From positions 32,001 to 96,000 of the forward strand of contig JBFGJG010000009.1 of the NCBI GenBank assembly GCA_041577295.1: 64,000 nt of DNA, read 5' to 3'. Each line of letters starts with the position of its first letter. Position 1 is the first letter of the stretch. This DNA comes from Gemmatimonadales bacterium. GTDB taxonomy: Bacteria; Gemmatimonadota; Gemmatimonadetes; Gemmatimonadales; GWC2-71-9. A program made the translations under genes and the position numbers. The notes under the pieces are model-generated. The model was given only the letters and a program-made list of their open reading frames with translations. It had not been told where the DNA came from and ran no database searches. Shown here one piece after another: positions 10,106-20,389 of the stretch.

Positions 10106-11217
10106 AGTACCTGAGCGAATACCGCGATCCCCACCTCGCCCGGTCGCTGGTGCGCCGAATCCAGAAGCTGGCCACACGTCGTTGGCACCTGATGGAGGTG
10201 TGTGGGGGCCAGACGCACACGATCGTAAAACAGGGGATCAATCAGTTGCTGGCAGAGCAAGTCGACATGGTGCACGGTCCGGGCTGTCCGGTCTGCGTCA
10301 CCCCGCTCGAGCAGATTGATCGTGCCTTGCATCTGGCCAGCCGACCTGACGTCACCTTCACGTCATTCGGCGATATGCTCCGCGTCCCCGGCTCTGATTG
10401 CGACCTGTTGCAGATTCGGGCTCGGGGCGGTGACGTCCGCATCGTGTACTCTCCGCTCGACGCGCTCGACATGGCCATCCGTGTGCCAGACCGAGAGATC
10501 GTGTTCTTTGCTGTGGGATTCGAGACGACGGCCCCGGCGAACGCGATGGCCGTTTGGCGAGCCAGAGAGCTCGCAATCGAGAACTTCAGCATACTCGCCT
10601 CCCATGTCACAGTCCCTCCCGCCATGCAGGCGATCCTCGATTCGCCGGACAACAGGGTACAAGGGTTTCTCGCCGCCGGTCACGTCTGCACCGTGATGGG
10701 GTGGACCGAATACGAACCGCTGGCCGAACGGTATCACGTTCCTATTGTCGTCACGGGCTTCGAGCCGCTGGACATCCTCGAAGGCATCTGGATGGCAATT
10801 CGCCAACTCGAGGAAGAACGCCATGACGTCGAAAACCAGTACGTGCGTTCCGTGAGACGTGAGGGCAACCGCCCGGCACAGGAGCTCGTCCGCCAGGTGT
10901 TTCAGCTCGTCGACCGCCCCTGGCGCGGGATCGGGACCATCCCAGCTAGTGGGCTGGGGCTGCGCCCAGCGTTCCAGGCCTACGATGCGGAGAAGAAGTT
11001 CGGGCTCGAGGGAATTCACGCCGAAGAGCCGACGGTCTGTCGCGCCGGTGACGTTCTGCGAGGTCGACTCAAGCCATGTGATTGCCCAGCCTTCGGCACC
11101 AACTGCTCGCCGGAGCACCCCCTCGGCGCTCCAATGGTATCTGCCGAGGGGGCCTGCGCCGCCTACTACAATTTCGGCCGCTACCACCTGGCCCACCAGC
11201 AAGAAGTAGGAACATGA
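10102..11217 (+). CDS. hypD: HypD
   Basis: [30 protein letters not shown]. Confidence 0.97.
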   Translation: MKYLSEYRDPHLARSLVRRIQKLATRRWHLMEVCGGQTHTIVKQGINQLLAEQVDMVHGPGCPVCVTPLEQIDRALHLASRPDVTFTSFGDMLRVPGSDCDLLQIRARGGDVRIVYSPLDALDMAIRVPDREIVFFAVGFETTAPANAMAVWRARELAIENFSILASHVTVPPAMQAILDSPDNRVQGFLAAGHVCTVMGWTEYEPLAERYHVPIVVTGFEPLDILEGIWMAIRQLEEERHDVENQYVRSVRREGNRPAQELVRQVFQLVDRPWRGIGTIPASGLGLRPAFQAYDAEKKFGLEGIHAEEPTVCRAGDVLRGRLKPCDCPAFGTNCSPEHPLGAPMVSAEGACAAYYNFGRYHLAHQQEVGT

Positions 11218-12272
11218 CAAGCACTCTGGCTCAGGGACCACTCTGCCCCGCACCGCATACGACCGGTGACCGTATTCAGCTCGGCCACGGCTCCGGAGGA
11301 AAGCTCAGCAGCGCGCTCTTGCGGGACTGTTTCTTACCGCATTTTCACAATCCAGCGCTCGACCAGCTCACCGACGGAGCCCTCGTCCAGTTGGGCGAGC
11401 AGGAAATCGTGCTCTCAACTGACACGTTTGTCGTCCATCCGCTCGAATTCTCGGGCGGCAACATCGGCTCGCTCGCCGTGCACGGAACGGTGAATGACGT
11501 CGCGATGATGGGTGCCGATCCCGTGTATATCTCCGCGGGCTTCGTGCTCGAGGAAGGATTGCAAATTCAGGTGCTGGATCGCGTCCTCCGCTCCATGGCA
11601 GGATCGGCTCGGGAGGCAGGCGTCACGCTCGTGACTGGCGACACCAAGGTGGTGGAGCGCGGTAAGGCCGATGGGCTGTTCATCAACACCACTGGCGTCG
11701 GAATCGCGCATGCGACATTTCGACCCAGCCCAGAGCGTGTGAAGCCGGGGGATGTCGTGCTGGTCAGTGGACCAATCGGAAGACACGGCATCGCCGTGAT
11801 GGCCGCGCGCAACGGCATTGCCTTCGACACGGAAATCGAGAGCGATACGGCGGCACTCACACCGCTCGTTGGCGCACTGCGTCAATGCGTCGGCACTTCC
11901 GTCCACACGCTGCGCGATCCCACGCGTGGGGGCATTGCTTCGGCGTGTAACGAGATCGCGGCGAGCGCTCGGGTTGGTGTCGAACTCGAAGAAGAGAAAC
12001 TCCCCGTCCCGCCAGCTGTGATGGCCGCATGCGAGATGTTGGGATTCGATCCGTTGTACGTTGCGAACGAGGGCATTCTCCTCGCATTTGTTGAACCGTC
12101 GGCCGCGGACGACGCGCTCGCAGCGCTTCGCTCCCACCCTCTCGGCATGGGGGCCGCTCAGATTGGAACCGTCGTGCATGAACACCCCGGGATGGTAGTG
12201 CTCAAATCTCTCATCGGCGGAAAGAGGGTCGTCGACATGCTCCCGGGAGATCAACTCCCTCGCATCTGTTGA
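11214..12272 (+). CDS. hypE: HypE
   Basis: HGSGG, GDTKVV, RDPTRGG, C-terminal PRIC. Confidence 0.97.
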   Translation: MTSTLAQGPLCPAPHTTGDRIQLGHGSGGKLSSALLRDCFLPHFHNPALDQLTDGALVQLGEQEIVLSTDTFVVHPLEFSGGNIGSLAVHGTVNDVAMMGADPVYISAGFVLEEGLQIQVLDRVLRSMAGSAREAGVTLVTGDTKVVERGKADGLFINTTGVGIAHATFRPSPERVKPGDVVLVSGPIGRHGIAVMAARNGIAFDTEIESDTAALTPLVGALRQCVGTSVHTLRDPTRGGIASACNEIAASARVGVELEEEKLPVPPAVMAACEMLGFDPLYVANEGILLAFVEPSAADDALAALRSHPLGMGAAQIGTVVHEHPGMVVLKSLIGGKRVVDMLPGDQLPRIC

Positions 12273-13189
12273 GCACTCTCCAGCAACGCCGGTCGTTCCG
12301 GAGCGGTCTCTGGCGGCTGGCCGATCCCAAGATCTCGCTGGCCTCATTGGCATCGATGCTCCTGGGAGCATGCGCCGCCCTCGCCCTCGGACCGCTCGCC
12401 GTCGGTTGGCTCGCGCTTACGGTGTTGGGAATCTTTGCCATCGAGGTCGCGAAAAATGCATCGGGCGAGATTTTCGACTTCGACTCCGGGACCGACCTGG
12501 CCGTGCGTCCTGAGGACCGAAGCCCATTTTCTGGAGGAAAGCGCGTGCTGGTCGACGGCCTACTGACACGTCAGCAGACGTGGGGTATCGCGACCATTGG
12601 ATACGCCGCAGGAGCCGCCGTGGGCGTGGCGATTGCCACCTTGCGCGAGCCTGCCGTCCTGTGGCTCGGAGCTGTGGGCGTAGCGCTCGCATTCTTTTAT
12701 CACGCCCCACCGCTGAAACTCTCATATCGCGGCTTAGGCGAGATCACCGTCGCCCTGTGCTACGGACCGCTCATTTGCTGGGGGACGTATCTCGTGCAGC
12801 GTACTGCGGCCTCCAGCGCTGCACTGTGGGCTTCGATCCCACTGGGGATCCTCATCGGCGCTTTTCTCTGGATCAACGAATTTCCCGACTACGAGGCCGA
12901 TCGTCGGGCTGGAAAGCAGAACATGGTGGTGCGGATGGGACGGGAGGCGGCAAGCCAGTGGTTATTGGTCTTGTTTGGCGTGGCGTTTACCGGCCTCGCA
13001 CTGCTGCCAGCCATTGGGGTTGGCCGCGGCGTGTGGCTCGGGTTCATCGCTGCACCCCCAGCGGCGGCTGCCGCCGCGATCCTCCGGAGGAACCCACGCG
13101 TGACCTTGGAGATCGTTCCAGCACAGGCCCTCACGCTTTCGTCCTTCTTGCTGTACGCGGTGGGCGCCGGGGTGGGTCTTCTTCTGTAA
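12269..13189 (+). CDS. UbiA-family prenyltransferase, MenA-like
   Basis: Multi-TM, EIFDFDSGTD, FYHAPPLKLSYRGLGE, NEFPDYEADRRAGK. TTGA overlap with hypE. Confidence 0.8.
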   Translation: MSTLQQRRSFRSGLWRLADPKISLASLASMLLGACAALALGPLAVGWLALTVLGIFAIEVAKNASGEIFDFDSGTDLAVRPEDRSPFSGGKRVLVDGLLTRQQTWGIATIGYAAGAAVGVAIATLREPAVLWLGAVGVALAFFYHAPPLKLSYRGLGEITVALCYGPLICWGTYLVQRTAASSAALWASIPLGILIGAFLWINEFPDYEADRRAGKQNMVVRMGREAASQWLLVLFGVAFTGLALLPAIGVGRGVWLGFIAAPPAAAAAAILRRNPRVTLEIVPAQALTLSSFLLYAVGAGVGLLL

Positions 13190-13205
13190 CGCTCCCAGCG
13201 AAACC

Positions 13206-14228
13206 CTAGTCGAACAACCGTCGAATGTTCTCGCGATACGGCGGCCGGACCACGCCCCTGTCCGTCACGATCGCCGCGATCAGATCGGCGGGTGTCACAT
13301 CGAACGCCGGGTTGAATACCCGAGCTCCTGGCGCGGCATCGACTTCCCCTGCTGCACGCTCCTCAATGGGGATATCGGCGCCGGACTCGAGGGACAGGTC
13401 AAACGTGCTGCGAGGCGCCGCGACGTAGAATGGGACCCCGTGCGCATTTGCCAACACGGCGAGCGCGTACGTGCCGATCTTGTTGGCCACGTCTCCGTTG
13501 GCCGCAATACGGTCAGCACCGGTGACGACGACGTCGATTTCACCCTTCGCCATCATCGACGCGGCCGCGCTGTCGACGATCGACGTGACAGGGACACCGG
13601 CCTTGCTGAGCTCCCACGCCGTGAGTCGGGCACCCTGTCGCAGGGGGCGCGTCTCTGTCGACACGACGCGGATGTTCTTCCCCTGCTGGTGGGCGGCATA
13701 GAGCGCGGCGACCGCGGTGCCGATGCCGCCCGTGGCCAGAGCACCCGCATTGCAATGGGTCATGACCGTGGCCCCGGGCTCAATGAGTGCCGCCCCCGCC
13801 TCGCCCATTGCGCGACACATCTCCGCGTCTTCATCCCAGATGCGCTGCGCCTCGACCCGGAGTGCCTCGGCGATCGCCTGCGGCGTCCTCTTCATCGCGA
13901 ACGCGGCTTCGGCCACTTGCCGCATGCGGTTCACCGCCCACATCAAGTTCACCGCGGTCGGGCGGGCAGCGGCCATGCGCTTGGCCGCGTCCTCGAACCA
14001 GGCCGCAGTAAGACCGCCATGGGCTGCCTGGCGGGTGGCCGCGGCAGCGAGACCCATTGCTGCGGAGATCCCAATGAGCGGTGCTCCACGAACACGTAAC
14101 AGCTTGATCGCCTCGATCATCCCGTCGATCGAGTCGACCTCTTTGTACACCTCTTCACGGGGCAGTCGCGTCTGGTCGAGGAACCGCACCCCGCCCCCCG
14201 GAGTCCAGTCGATGATATCCAGTTTCAT
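13206..14228 (-). CDS. mtnA: S-methyl-5-thioribose-1-phosphate isomerase
   Basis: LDQTRLP, VRGAPLIG, RPTAVNL, THCNAG, ETRPLRQGARLTAWEL, GADRIAANGDVANKIG, NPAFDVTP. Confidence 0.95.
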   Translation of the reverse strand: MKLDIIDWTPGGGVRFLDQTRLPREEVYKEVDSIDGMIEAIKLLRVRGAPLIGISAAMGLAAAATRQAAHGGLTAAWFEDAAKRMAAARPTAVNLMWAVNRMRQVAEAAFAMKRTPQAIAEALRVEAQRIWDEDAEMCRAMGEAGAALIEPGATVMTHCNAGALATGGIGTAVAALYAAHQQGKNIRVVSTETRPLRQGARLTAWELSKAGVPVTSIVDSAAASMMAKGEIDVVVTGADRIAANGDVANKIGTYALAVLANAHGVPFYVAAPRSTFDLSLESGADIPIEERAAGEVDAAPGARVFNPAFDVTPADLIAAIVTDRGVVRPPYRENIRRLFD

Positions 14229-14342
14229 GCGGCGCAAGTTACTGCGGAACCGACGCCGAAACAAAGATCCGGAGGAATGACCTTGCACACATGCCTGGGG
14301 TATAAAACATTCCACGACGGCACCCTGGTTGAGGAGGCATCG

Positions 14343-14729
14343 ATGGCGGCTGCTCGTGTGTTTTGCTCCCTTGTGGTACTCTCCGCAGTGGCTGGGTGCA
14401 GCGCTAAGGGTGCTGGAACGGTCGATGATGACATTCAGATCATCACTCCACCGTCTCGGGTGTTCGTGACAAACAACAACCAGCTCGATATTCGAGTCTT
14501 CGCATTGGATCGGTCCTTGTCGATCCCTCTTGGGTCCGTCGGGAGTTTTACCTCAGAAGTCTTCGAGCTTCCCAACGCGGTGCTTTCGCGTGGACAGGTT
14601 CGCATCATGGCCGATCCGATTGGGTCGGTTACCGCTTATCTGACGGACCTGATCACCTTCAGTGCGGGTCAGGACATCGAGCTGATCGTGCAGAACAACC
14701 TGCAGCTCTCGAGCTACGCACTGCGGTGA
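14343..14729 (+). CDS. Hypothetical lipoprotein
   Basis: GAGGAGG RBS, signal peptide with VAGC lipobox, beta-rich mature region. Confidence 0.7.
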   Translation: MAAARVFCSLVVLSAVAGCSAKGAGTVDDDIQIITPPSRVFVTNNNQLDIRVFALDRSLSIPLGSVGSFTSEVFELPNAVLSRGQVRIMADPIGSVTAYLTDLITFSAGQDIELIVQNNLQLSSYALR

Positions 14730-14752
14730 ACAGCATAATCACCCTCGAGGAG

Positions 14753-15529
14753 TTAGGCGTTGAGGATCTCGAGAACGCGGGCGTGGAGATCTGCCGACGC
14801 GGCGACGCACGAGGTGGCGGTGGTCGGATCTTCTCCGGCCCATCCAGTGATGGTGCCGCCGGCGCCCCTTATAATAGGAATGAGCGGGAGCAGGTCCCAG
14901 GCGTGCATGATAGGATCCGCCATCACGTCCGCGCCGCCCGCGGTCAGCAGTAGGTATCCGTAGCAGTCTCCCCACGTTCGAAACAGCTTGCCCATTGAGA
15001 TGAGCCGCTCGAACTTTTGCCAGTCCTGATACCGTTTCACGTTTGCGAGATCAGTCGTCAAGACAACGGCTTCCTGGAGCGCCGTTGTCGGGCGGAGTCG
15101 CGCTGGTGTTCCGTTGAGACGCGTTCCTCCTTCCGTTCCAATGCAGAGCTGACCGATCAACGGCTGATGGATCGCACCCAGCACGGGCTTCCCCGCGTGC
15201 AGCAAACCGATCAGCGTACCGAAGAGCGGACAGTGGTTGGCGAAGGAGACCGTTCCATCGATCGGATCGAGCACCCAAACGTACTCTGCATCCTCCCGTT
15301 CCTGCCCAAACTCCTCCCCGAGAATTCCATGGCTCGGATACCGCTGACGGATGAGGCGGCGCATGGCCTCTTCCGCCTTGCGATCGGCCTCGGTCACTGG
15401 CGATTTGTCACTCTTACTTTCCACCCGAAGGTCGCGTCGACCGTAGTACGGTTTGATCACCTTGGCGCTGCATGAAGCAAGCTCCCGCGCGAAGTCCAGA
15501 AACTGTGCGTCCACCGGCGGTCGGTTCAT
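14753..15529 (-). CDS. hisN: Inositol monophosphatase family, histidinol-phosphatase-like
   Basis: SPVTEAD, GEE, WVLDPIDGT, WGDCYGY, WDLLPL. Confidence 0.85.
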   Translation of the reverse strand: MNRPPVDAQFLDFARELASCSAKVIKPYYGRRDLRVESKSDKSPVTEADRKAEEAMRRLIRQRYPSHGILGEEFGQEREDAEYVWVLDPIDGTVSFANHCPLFGTLIGLLHAGKPVLGAIHQPLIGQLCIGTEGGTRLNGTPARLRPTTALQEAVVLTTDLANVKRYQDWQKFERLISMGKLFRTWGDCYGYLLLTAGGADVMADPIMHAWDLLPLIPIIRGAGGTITGWAGEDPTTATSCVAASADLHARVLEILNA

Positions 15530-15571
15530 CGTGGTTTCACCAAAGCGCTCGTGAAGGAATCGATGGATCCG

Positions 15572-16063
15572 TCAAGTTACCACCAGTCTGACGACGGCGC
15601 GGAGAACGAGGACTGTCAGCGCGACGGCGGAGCCTACGAGCAATATCAGACCGATTGCCAAGCCGATGAGCCAGCGTCGATTCGCTCGAGTCGTTGTAGC
15701 CGGCGCTTCGAGGTGCCGCCCCAACAGCTCGACATTACGGACGTTTGCTTTCCAGCTCACGTCAAACAGATCGCCCAACACCGGTATGGCGCCAACGAAC
15801 AACTCCACACCGATGTTGTACAGCATGCGGAGCAGAACAGCCCTTGGCGCACCCCGTCGCGCCGCCGCCAATACAATGTACGCCGAGGCTATCCCTCCCC
15901 ACACGTCACCAAGGCCGGGGATCAATCCGATGAGGGCGTCGACACCGAATCGGATTCGTGTAAACGGAATACGAAATGCCGAGTCGAGGACGCGAGCGAG
16001 CGATTCGAGATCGGAAGCGGGGATCTCGTGCTGCGCCGGCCGGAGGGCGTTCTCGTCGCTCAT
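15572..16063 (-). CDS. DUF4112-like membrane protein
   Basis: LDSAFRIP...RFGVDALIGLIPGLGD...GAIPVLGDLFD...KANVRN. Confidence 0.85.
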   Translation of the reverse strand: MSDENALRPAQHEIPASDLESLARVLDSAFRIPFTRIRFGVDALIGLIPGLGDVWGGIASAYIVLAAARRGAPRAVLLRMLYNIGVELFVGAIPVLGDLFDVSWKANVRNVELLGRHLEAPATTTRANRRWLIGLAIGLILLVGSAVALTVLVLRAVVRLVVT

Positions 16064-16178
16064 CGTCCGAGATCGACTTCACGGCCGGCGAACCGACTTG
16101 AGACGTTTGCGCCTCGAAGCCCGGCGGGTACAGGAAGGTAATGAGCCCCTGCGTCCAACCAGTCAGGCAAACTGTGAG

Positions 16179-16817
16179 CTAAAAGCTGAATGCCTTTACT
16201 TCCTCGTCCTGGAGCAAGGCTTGGGTGATCCGGTCGTGATCCTTGAGCGAGCCCCACGCCCTCCAGATACACGTCATCTCGTTCCCCGATTTGGTCTGAC
16301 GATGGCTCGCGATCTTGAGGCCCAGTTCACGAAACAGACGCTCGAGCTGCTCGAACTTCGCCGGCTCGAGCGCGCAAGTGACTTCATATGTGCGGGTCTC
16401 GCTGGCCCGGTCGATGAACCGTTCAAACCATGGAAAGATCCACAGAACGACCAGGGCGGCGCCGGTTGCGGCCGCCACGAAGAGAAACTGTCCACCCCCA
16501 ATCCCCATGCCGAGCGCGGCAACGAACCATATGGTGGAGGCGGTCGTCAGCCCGACGATCCGGTTGCCGTGGCGCAGAATGGCTCCGGCACCCAAGAAGC
16601 CGATTCCGGTGACGATGTTGGCAGCGATTCGGGTCGGGTCGCCCCGAAACGCGAGTTTGGTCGAAAAGATCGTGAATAGGGTTGCCCCGACACAAATGAA
16701 GATGATCGTACGAAAGCCCGCTGCCTTGTCGCGATACTCCCGCTCGGCGCCGACGATGCCGCCGACCACCACCGCGATCGCCAGCTTGAGAACGTCTTCG
16801 GATTCGAGGAGGAACAT
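16179..16817 (-). CDS. MgtC/SapB family protein
   Basis: GAERE, AGFRT, DPTRIAANIVTGIGFLGAG, GLTTA. Confidence 0.9.
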   Translation of the reverse strand: MFLLESEDVLKLAIAVVVGGIVGAEREYRDKAAGFRTIIFICVGATLFTIFSTKLAFRGDPTRIAANIVTGIGFLGAGAILRHGNRIVGLTTASTIWFVAALGMGIGGGQFLFVAAATGAALVVLWIFPWFERFIDRASETRTYEVTCALEPAKFEQLERLFRELGLKIASHRQTKSGNEMTCIWRAWGSLKDHDRITQALLQDEEVKAFSF

Positions 16818-17006
16818 GTCGCCCGCCAACCGCGTAGTAGTTTTGATCAGACCGGCGCAACTTAGAACGTCCACGTCCTTCCGTCCAGAAGAGATCACTG
16901 AAGCCATTGATCCGTCGGGAGGATCGGTGACCAGGGGTCCAGACAGCGTGACGAGTCAATCAACTGGACCGGTGGCAAACCAAACTCCACGAATGGGAAA
17001 GACGTC

Positions 17007-18689
17007 ATGCGCTATACCCTGCCAGCCGTAACCACCGTCGTGTTACTGTTCAGCGGCGCATTCACGCATTCCGTCGCATCACAAGAAGTCGACTCTCTTT
17101 CGATCGCGGCCGCGATGGGGCACTTGCAGCGACAGCAGTACGACGAGGCAGCCCGCATCCTGGAAGTCGTAACCCAGCGCGAGCCGGACAACGCTCGGGC
17201 GTGGGCGCTCCTCGGGTTCGCGTACCACTCCGCAGGCGATCTCGACCGGGCGCTCGCAGTCCATCGCAAGGCCATGGAGTTCGAATCGACGCGGCCGAAC
17301 GCCATGTACAATGTCGGACTGCTCTATGCGCAACGAGGTGAGAAGGATCGCGCATTCGAGTGGCTCGAGAAGGCGAAGGCCACCGGCCGGGTGGACATTA
17401 CCCAGATCGGGATCGATTCGAGTGCCGCGGTTCTGCAGGACGATCCCCGCTTTGCGGCGCTGTTCCCCTCTGCGGCCGAGTTCGCCGATCCATTCGTCGA
17501 GCGAGTCGAGATCATCCGTGAGTGGCGGGGGGAGCAGCCGGGTGACGCGTTTGGCTGGATAGCGCGCAACGTAGGCGATGTGGACGGCGACGGTATCAAT
17601 GACGTCACGACGTCAGCTCCAAACGCCGCATTCAACGGCGGCCCGCGGGCCGGCAAGGTCTACGTCTACTCCAGCCGCAGCGGCGCGAGGCGATGGATGC
17701 GAGTCGGGGAACCGGGCCATCAACTCGGCGTCGGTGTCGAAGCAGCCGGTGATGTCAACGCCGATGGCATCCCCGACGTCGTCGCGGGCGCACCGGGGGC
17801 CGGCAAGGCGTACGTCTTCTCGGGAGAGAATGGCAAAGTTCTGCTGACGTTCGACGCGGAGGATCCTCAGGACAACTTCGGCCGAAAGGTTTCAGACCTC
17901 GGTGACGTCAATGGTGACGGACATGATGACGTGATCGTTGGTGCTCCAGGCAACGACGCCAAGGGGACCGACGCGGGTCGCGCGTACGTCTATTCGGGCA
18001 AGGACGGCACCGTACTCGTCACGCTCGACGGTGAAAAGGCGGGTGATGCCTTTGGGAGTTCCGCCGGCGGCTATGCCGGCGGCGGTCGCATTTTCATCGT
18101 CATCGGCGCGCCAAACGCCGGGCCGGAAAACAAGGGTCGGACATACGTCTACAGCGACCGTTCCACGACCCCCGCCTTCATCATTGACTCTGACGAAACC
18201 GGTGCTGCGCTGGGTGGCATGTTCGTCTCGGTCGTTGGCGACGTCAATGCCGATGGCATTCGCGATGTGTACGCGTCGGACTGGTCGAACAGCGCATATG
18301 GGCCGGCAACCGGACGGATCTATCTCCACTCCGGAGCCGACGGCACCCGACTGCTGACGCTGACTGGAGAAGCCGGTGGCGACGGGTTCGGCATCGGTCC
18401 CGCGGACGCCGGCGACGTCAACGGCGACGGCTACGATGACCTCGTGATCGGAGCGTGGCGTCATGCGGGTGCCGCGCCGATGGGAGGGAAGGTCTATCTG
18501 TTTTCCGGTCGGGACGGCTCGCTGCTCAAGACCTACACCGGCAAGGTGACCGGGGAAACCCTCGGGTTCGACGCGACGGGGATGGGAGACGTGAACGGCG
18601 ACGGGGTTCTTGATTTGCTTCTCACCTCCGCGTGGAGCGCCATCAATGGAACCCGGTCGGGGAGAATGTACATAGTCTCCGGAAGATAG
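17007..18689 (+). CDS. Secreted TPR + FG-GAP repeat beta-propeller protein
   Basis: Signal peptide, about 3 TPRs, repeated GDVNGDG..D...GAP. Confidence 0.88.
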   Translation: MRYTLPAVTTVVLLFSGAFTHSVASQEVDSLSIAAAMGHLQRQQYDEAARILEVVTQREPDNARAWALLGFAYHSAGDLDRALAVHRKAMEFESTRPNAMYNVGLLYAQRGEKDRAFEWLEKAKATGRVDITQIGIDSSAAVLQDDPRFAALFPSAAEFADPFVERVEIIREWRGEQPGDAFGWIARNVGDVDGDGINDVTTSAPNAAFNGGPRAGKVYVYSSRSGARRWMRVGEPGHQLGVGVEAAGDVNADGIPDVVAGAPGAGKAYVFSGENGKVLLTFDAEDPQDNFGRKVSDLGDVNGDGHDDVIVGAPGNDAKGTDAGRAYVYSGKDGTVLVTLDGEKAGDAFGSSAGGYAGGGRIFIVIGAPNAGPENKGRTYVYSDRSTTPAFIIDSDETGAALGGMFVSVVGDVNADGIRDVYASDWSNSAYGPATGRIYLHSGADGTRLLTLTGEAGGDGFGIGPADAGDVNGDGYDDLVIGAWRHAGAAPMGGKVYLFSGRDGSLLKTYTGKVTGETLGFDATGMGDVNGDGVLDLLLTSAWSAINGTRSGRMYIVSGR

Positions 18690-18706
18690 ATTGGGGATAA
18701 TGCGGG

Positions 18707-18964
18707 TCAGGGCGTTTTCGATTTGGCGGAAACGCGATACAATGTGTAGGCGCCGATGCCGATCCACACCACATTGACAAACGTCGATGGGTAGGCGCGG
18801 TAGTAGGCGGTATTGACGATCAAGCCAAGGCTGCCGAAGACGTTGAGTATTTGGTAGCGGACGGAGTGCCCCAGGAAGTGGCCGCGCGAGATCAATGCAT
18901 AGGCCACGAGCAAAGCGACGGCGCCGGCCCAACCGAGGATATCGACAAAGAGATTCAGTGTCAT
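18707..18964 (-). CDS. Small membrane protein (CBU_0592-like)
   Basis: Three TM segments, GWAG, YQILN, NVVW. Confidence 0.75.
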   Translation of the reverse strand: MTLNLFVDILGWAGAVALLVAYALISRGHFLGHSVRYQILNVFGSLGLIVNTAYYRAYPSTFVNVVWIGIGAYTLYRVSAKSKTP

Positions 18965-19025
18965 AATAGTGGTTCCCCAAAAGTGCTTGTGCTCTCACGT
19001 TTCGGGAGCAAAATGTACACGGATT

Positions 19026-20378
19026 ATGCCTGGACCAATGCGCCCAATCTACCGTTTCGCTACCCTCATCTTGCCCCTGCTGGCCAGCTCGCTCATCGTG
19101 GGCTGCGATCCCGATCCCCTACGGGGATACTTCGTCGGTCAGACCCCCCGCGATCACTATGAAGCGGCGCTAAAAACGGCTGGTCTGGCGCACACCGCGC
19201 TCGCACGAGATTGGTTGGCGGCGGGTGAGCGCGCTCTCGTACTCGCAACCACGGTGGAATCGCCGTATCAGGAAGTGGGATATCTCGACCCAGCAGATCC
19301 GCGGGCGGACGCCTACCGTTTGGACCTGCGCCGGGGGGAGCGGCTCGTGGCGCGCGTTGACGCGGAAAGCGCCGAGCCGGCGCAATTCTTCGTCGACTTG
19401 TTTGTGCTTTCTGAGACCAGAGAGACACGAGATCCGGTGTTGCTCGCCACGGCTGACACGGCCTCCCGTACGCTCGACTATGTGACCCGGCGGGACGGTA
19501 TCTATCTCCTTCGCATTCAGCCGGAGCTGCTGCGGGGCGGCCGCTACTCGCTCTCCATCGATGTCAGTGCGTCGCTCGACTTTCCGGTTGTGGGGGGGGA
19601 CACTCGCGCCATTCGGAGTGGATTTGGCGCACCGAGAGATGCGGGCCGTCGTGAGCACCACGGGGTCGACATCTTCGCTCCGCGGGGCACACCGGTGCTG
19701 GCAACATCGCGTGGGCGTGTGAGTTGGGTCGGGACCACCGGTCTGGGTGGGAACGTGGTGTGGGTTCGGGATGGTGAGATGGGATACGCCCTGTATTATG
19801 CCCATCTCGACCGCCAGGCGGTGAGCCGCGGTGACGTCGTGCAACCCGGTGACACCATTGGCTTCGTCGGCAACTCCGGGAACGCTCGCACGACCCCCCC
19901 ACATTTGCATTTTGGGATCTACGTGAGAGGAACGGGCCCCGTCGATCCGTACCCGTTTCTGTTTCGTCCGGACGAAATGGCTCCGCCATTGTTTGCTAAC
20001 GATCGCGCGCTGGGTGATTTCGTCCGGGTATCGAGAGATGCTGTCCCGTTACACGCCGCACCGTCGCCGCGGGCCGCCGCGATGACCGAGCTGTCACGAC
20101 ACACCGTTCTGAAAGTCCTTGGTGCGGCAGGAACGTGGTATCGGGTGTCTCTCCCCGATGGCGCTGCCGGGTTCGTCGCTGCCCGGCTGACCGAGCTCGC
20201 CGCACGCCCCATCCGGTTTGCGCTAGTCGAAGACGGCTCAGTGGTGCGGGAGCTGCCGCTGCCTGACGCTACCCCCGTCGACAGCGTCGATGGGGAGGTA
20301 CCGGTCCACGGCGAGTTTGGCCGCTTCGTCTACGTCACGACCCCCCGCGGTCGGTCCGGTTGGGTTCGCGTCGAGTAG
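19026..20378 (+). CDS. M23 metallopeptidase lipoprotein with SH3-like domains
   Basis: IVGC lipobox, HHGVDIFA, YAHL, PHLHFG. Start may be 19038. Confidence 0.9.
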   Translation: MPGPMRPIYRFATLILPLLASSLIVGCDPDPLRGYFVGQTPRDHYEAALKTAGLAHTALARDWLAAGERALVLATTVESPYQEVGYLDPADPRADAYRLDLRRGERLVARVDAESAEPAQFFVDLFVLSETRETRDPVLLATADTASRTLDYVTRRDGIYLLRIQPELLRGGRYSLSIDVSASLDFPVVGGDTRAIRSGFGAPRDAGRREHHGVDIFAPRGTPVLATSRGRVSWVGTTGLGGNVVWVRDGEMGYALYYAHLDRQAVSRGDVVQPGDTIGFVGNSGNARTTPPHLHFGIYVRGTGPVDPYPFLFRPDEMAPPLFANDRALGDFVRVSRDAVPLHAAPSPRAAAMTELSRHTVLKVLGAAGTWYRVSLPDGAAGFVAARLTELAARPIRFALVEDGSVVRELPLPDATPVDSVDGEVPVHGEFGRFVYVTTPRGRSGWVRVE

Positions 20379-20389
20379 CGCCGTGTGAT

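Noticed and set aside
17540..18660. Recurrent GGCGACGTCAACGGCGACGG-like DNA repeats as CRISPR or DGR
   Set aside because: They encode FG-GAP protein repeats, are degenerate at third codon positions, and have no cas or RT gene nearby.
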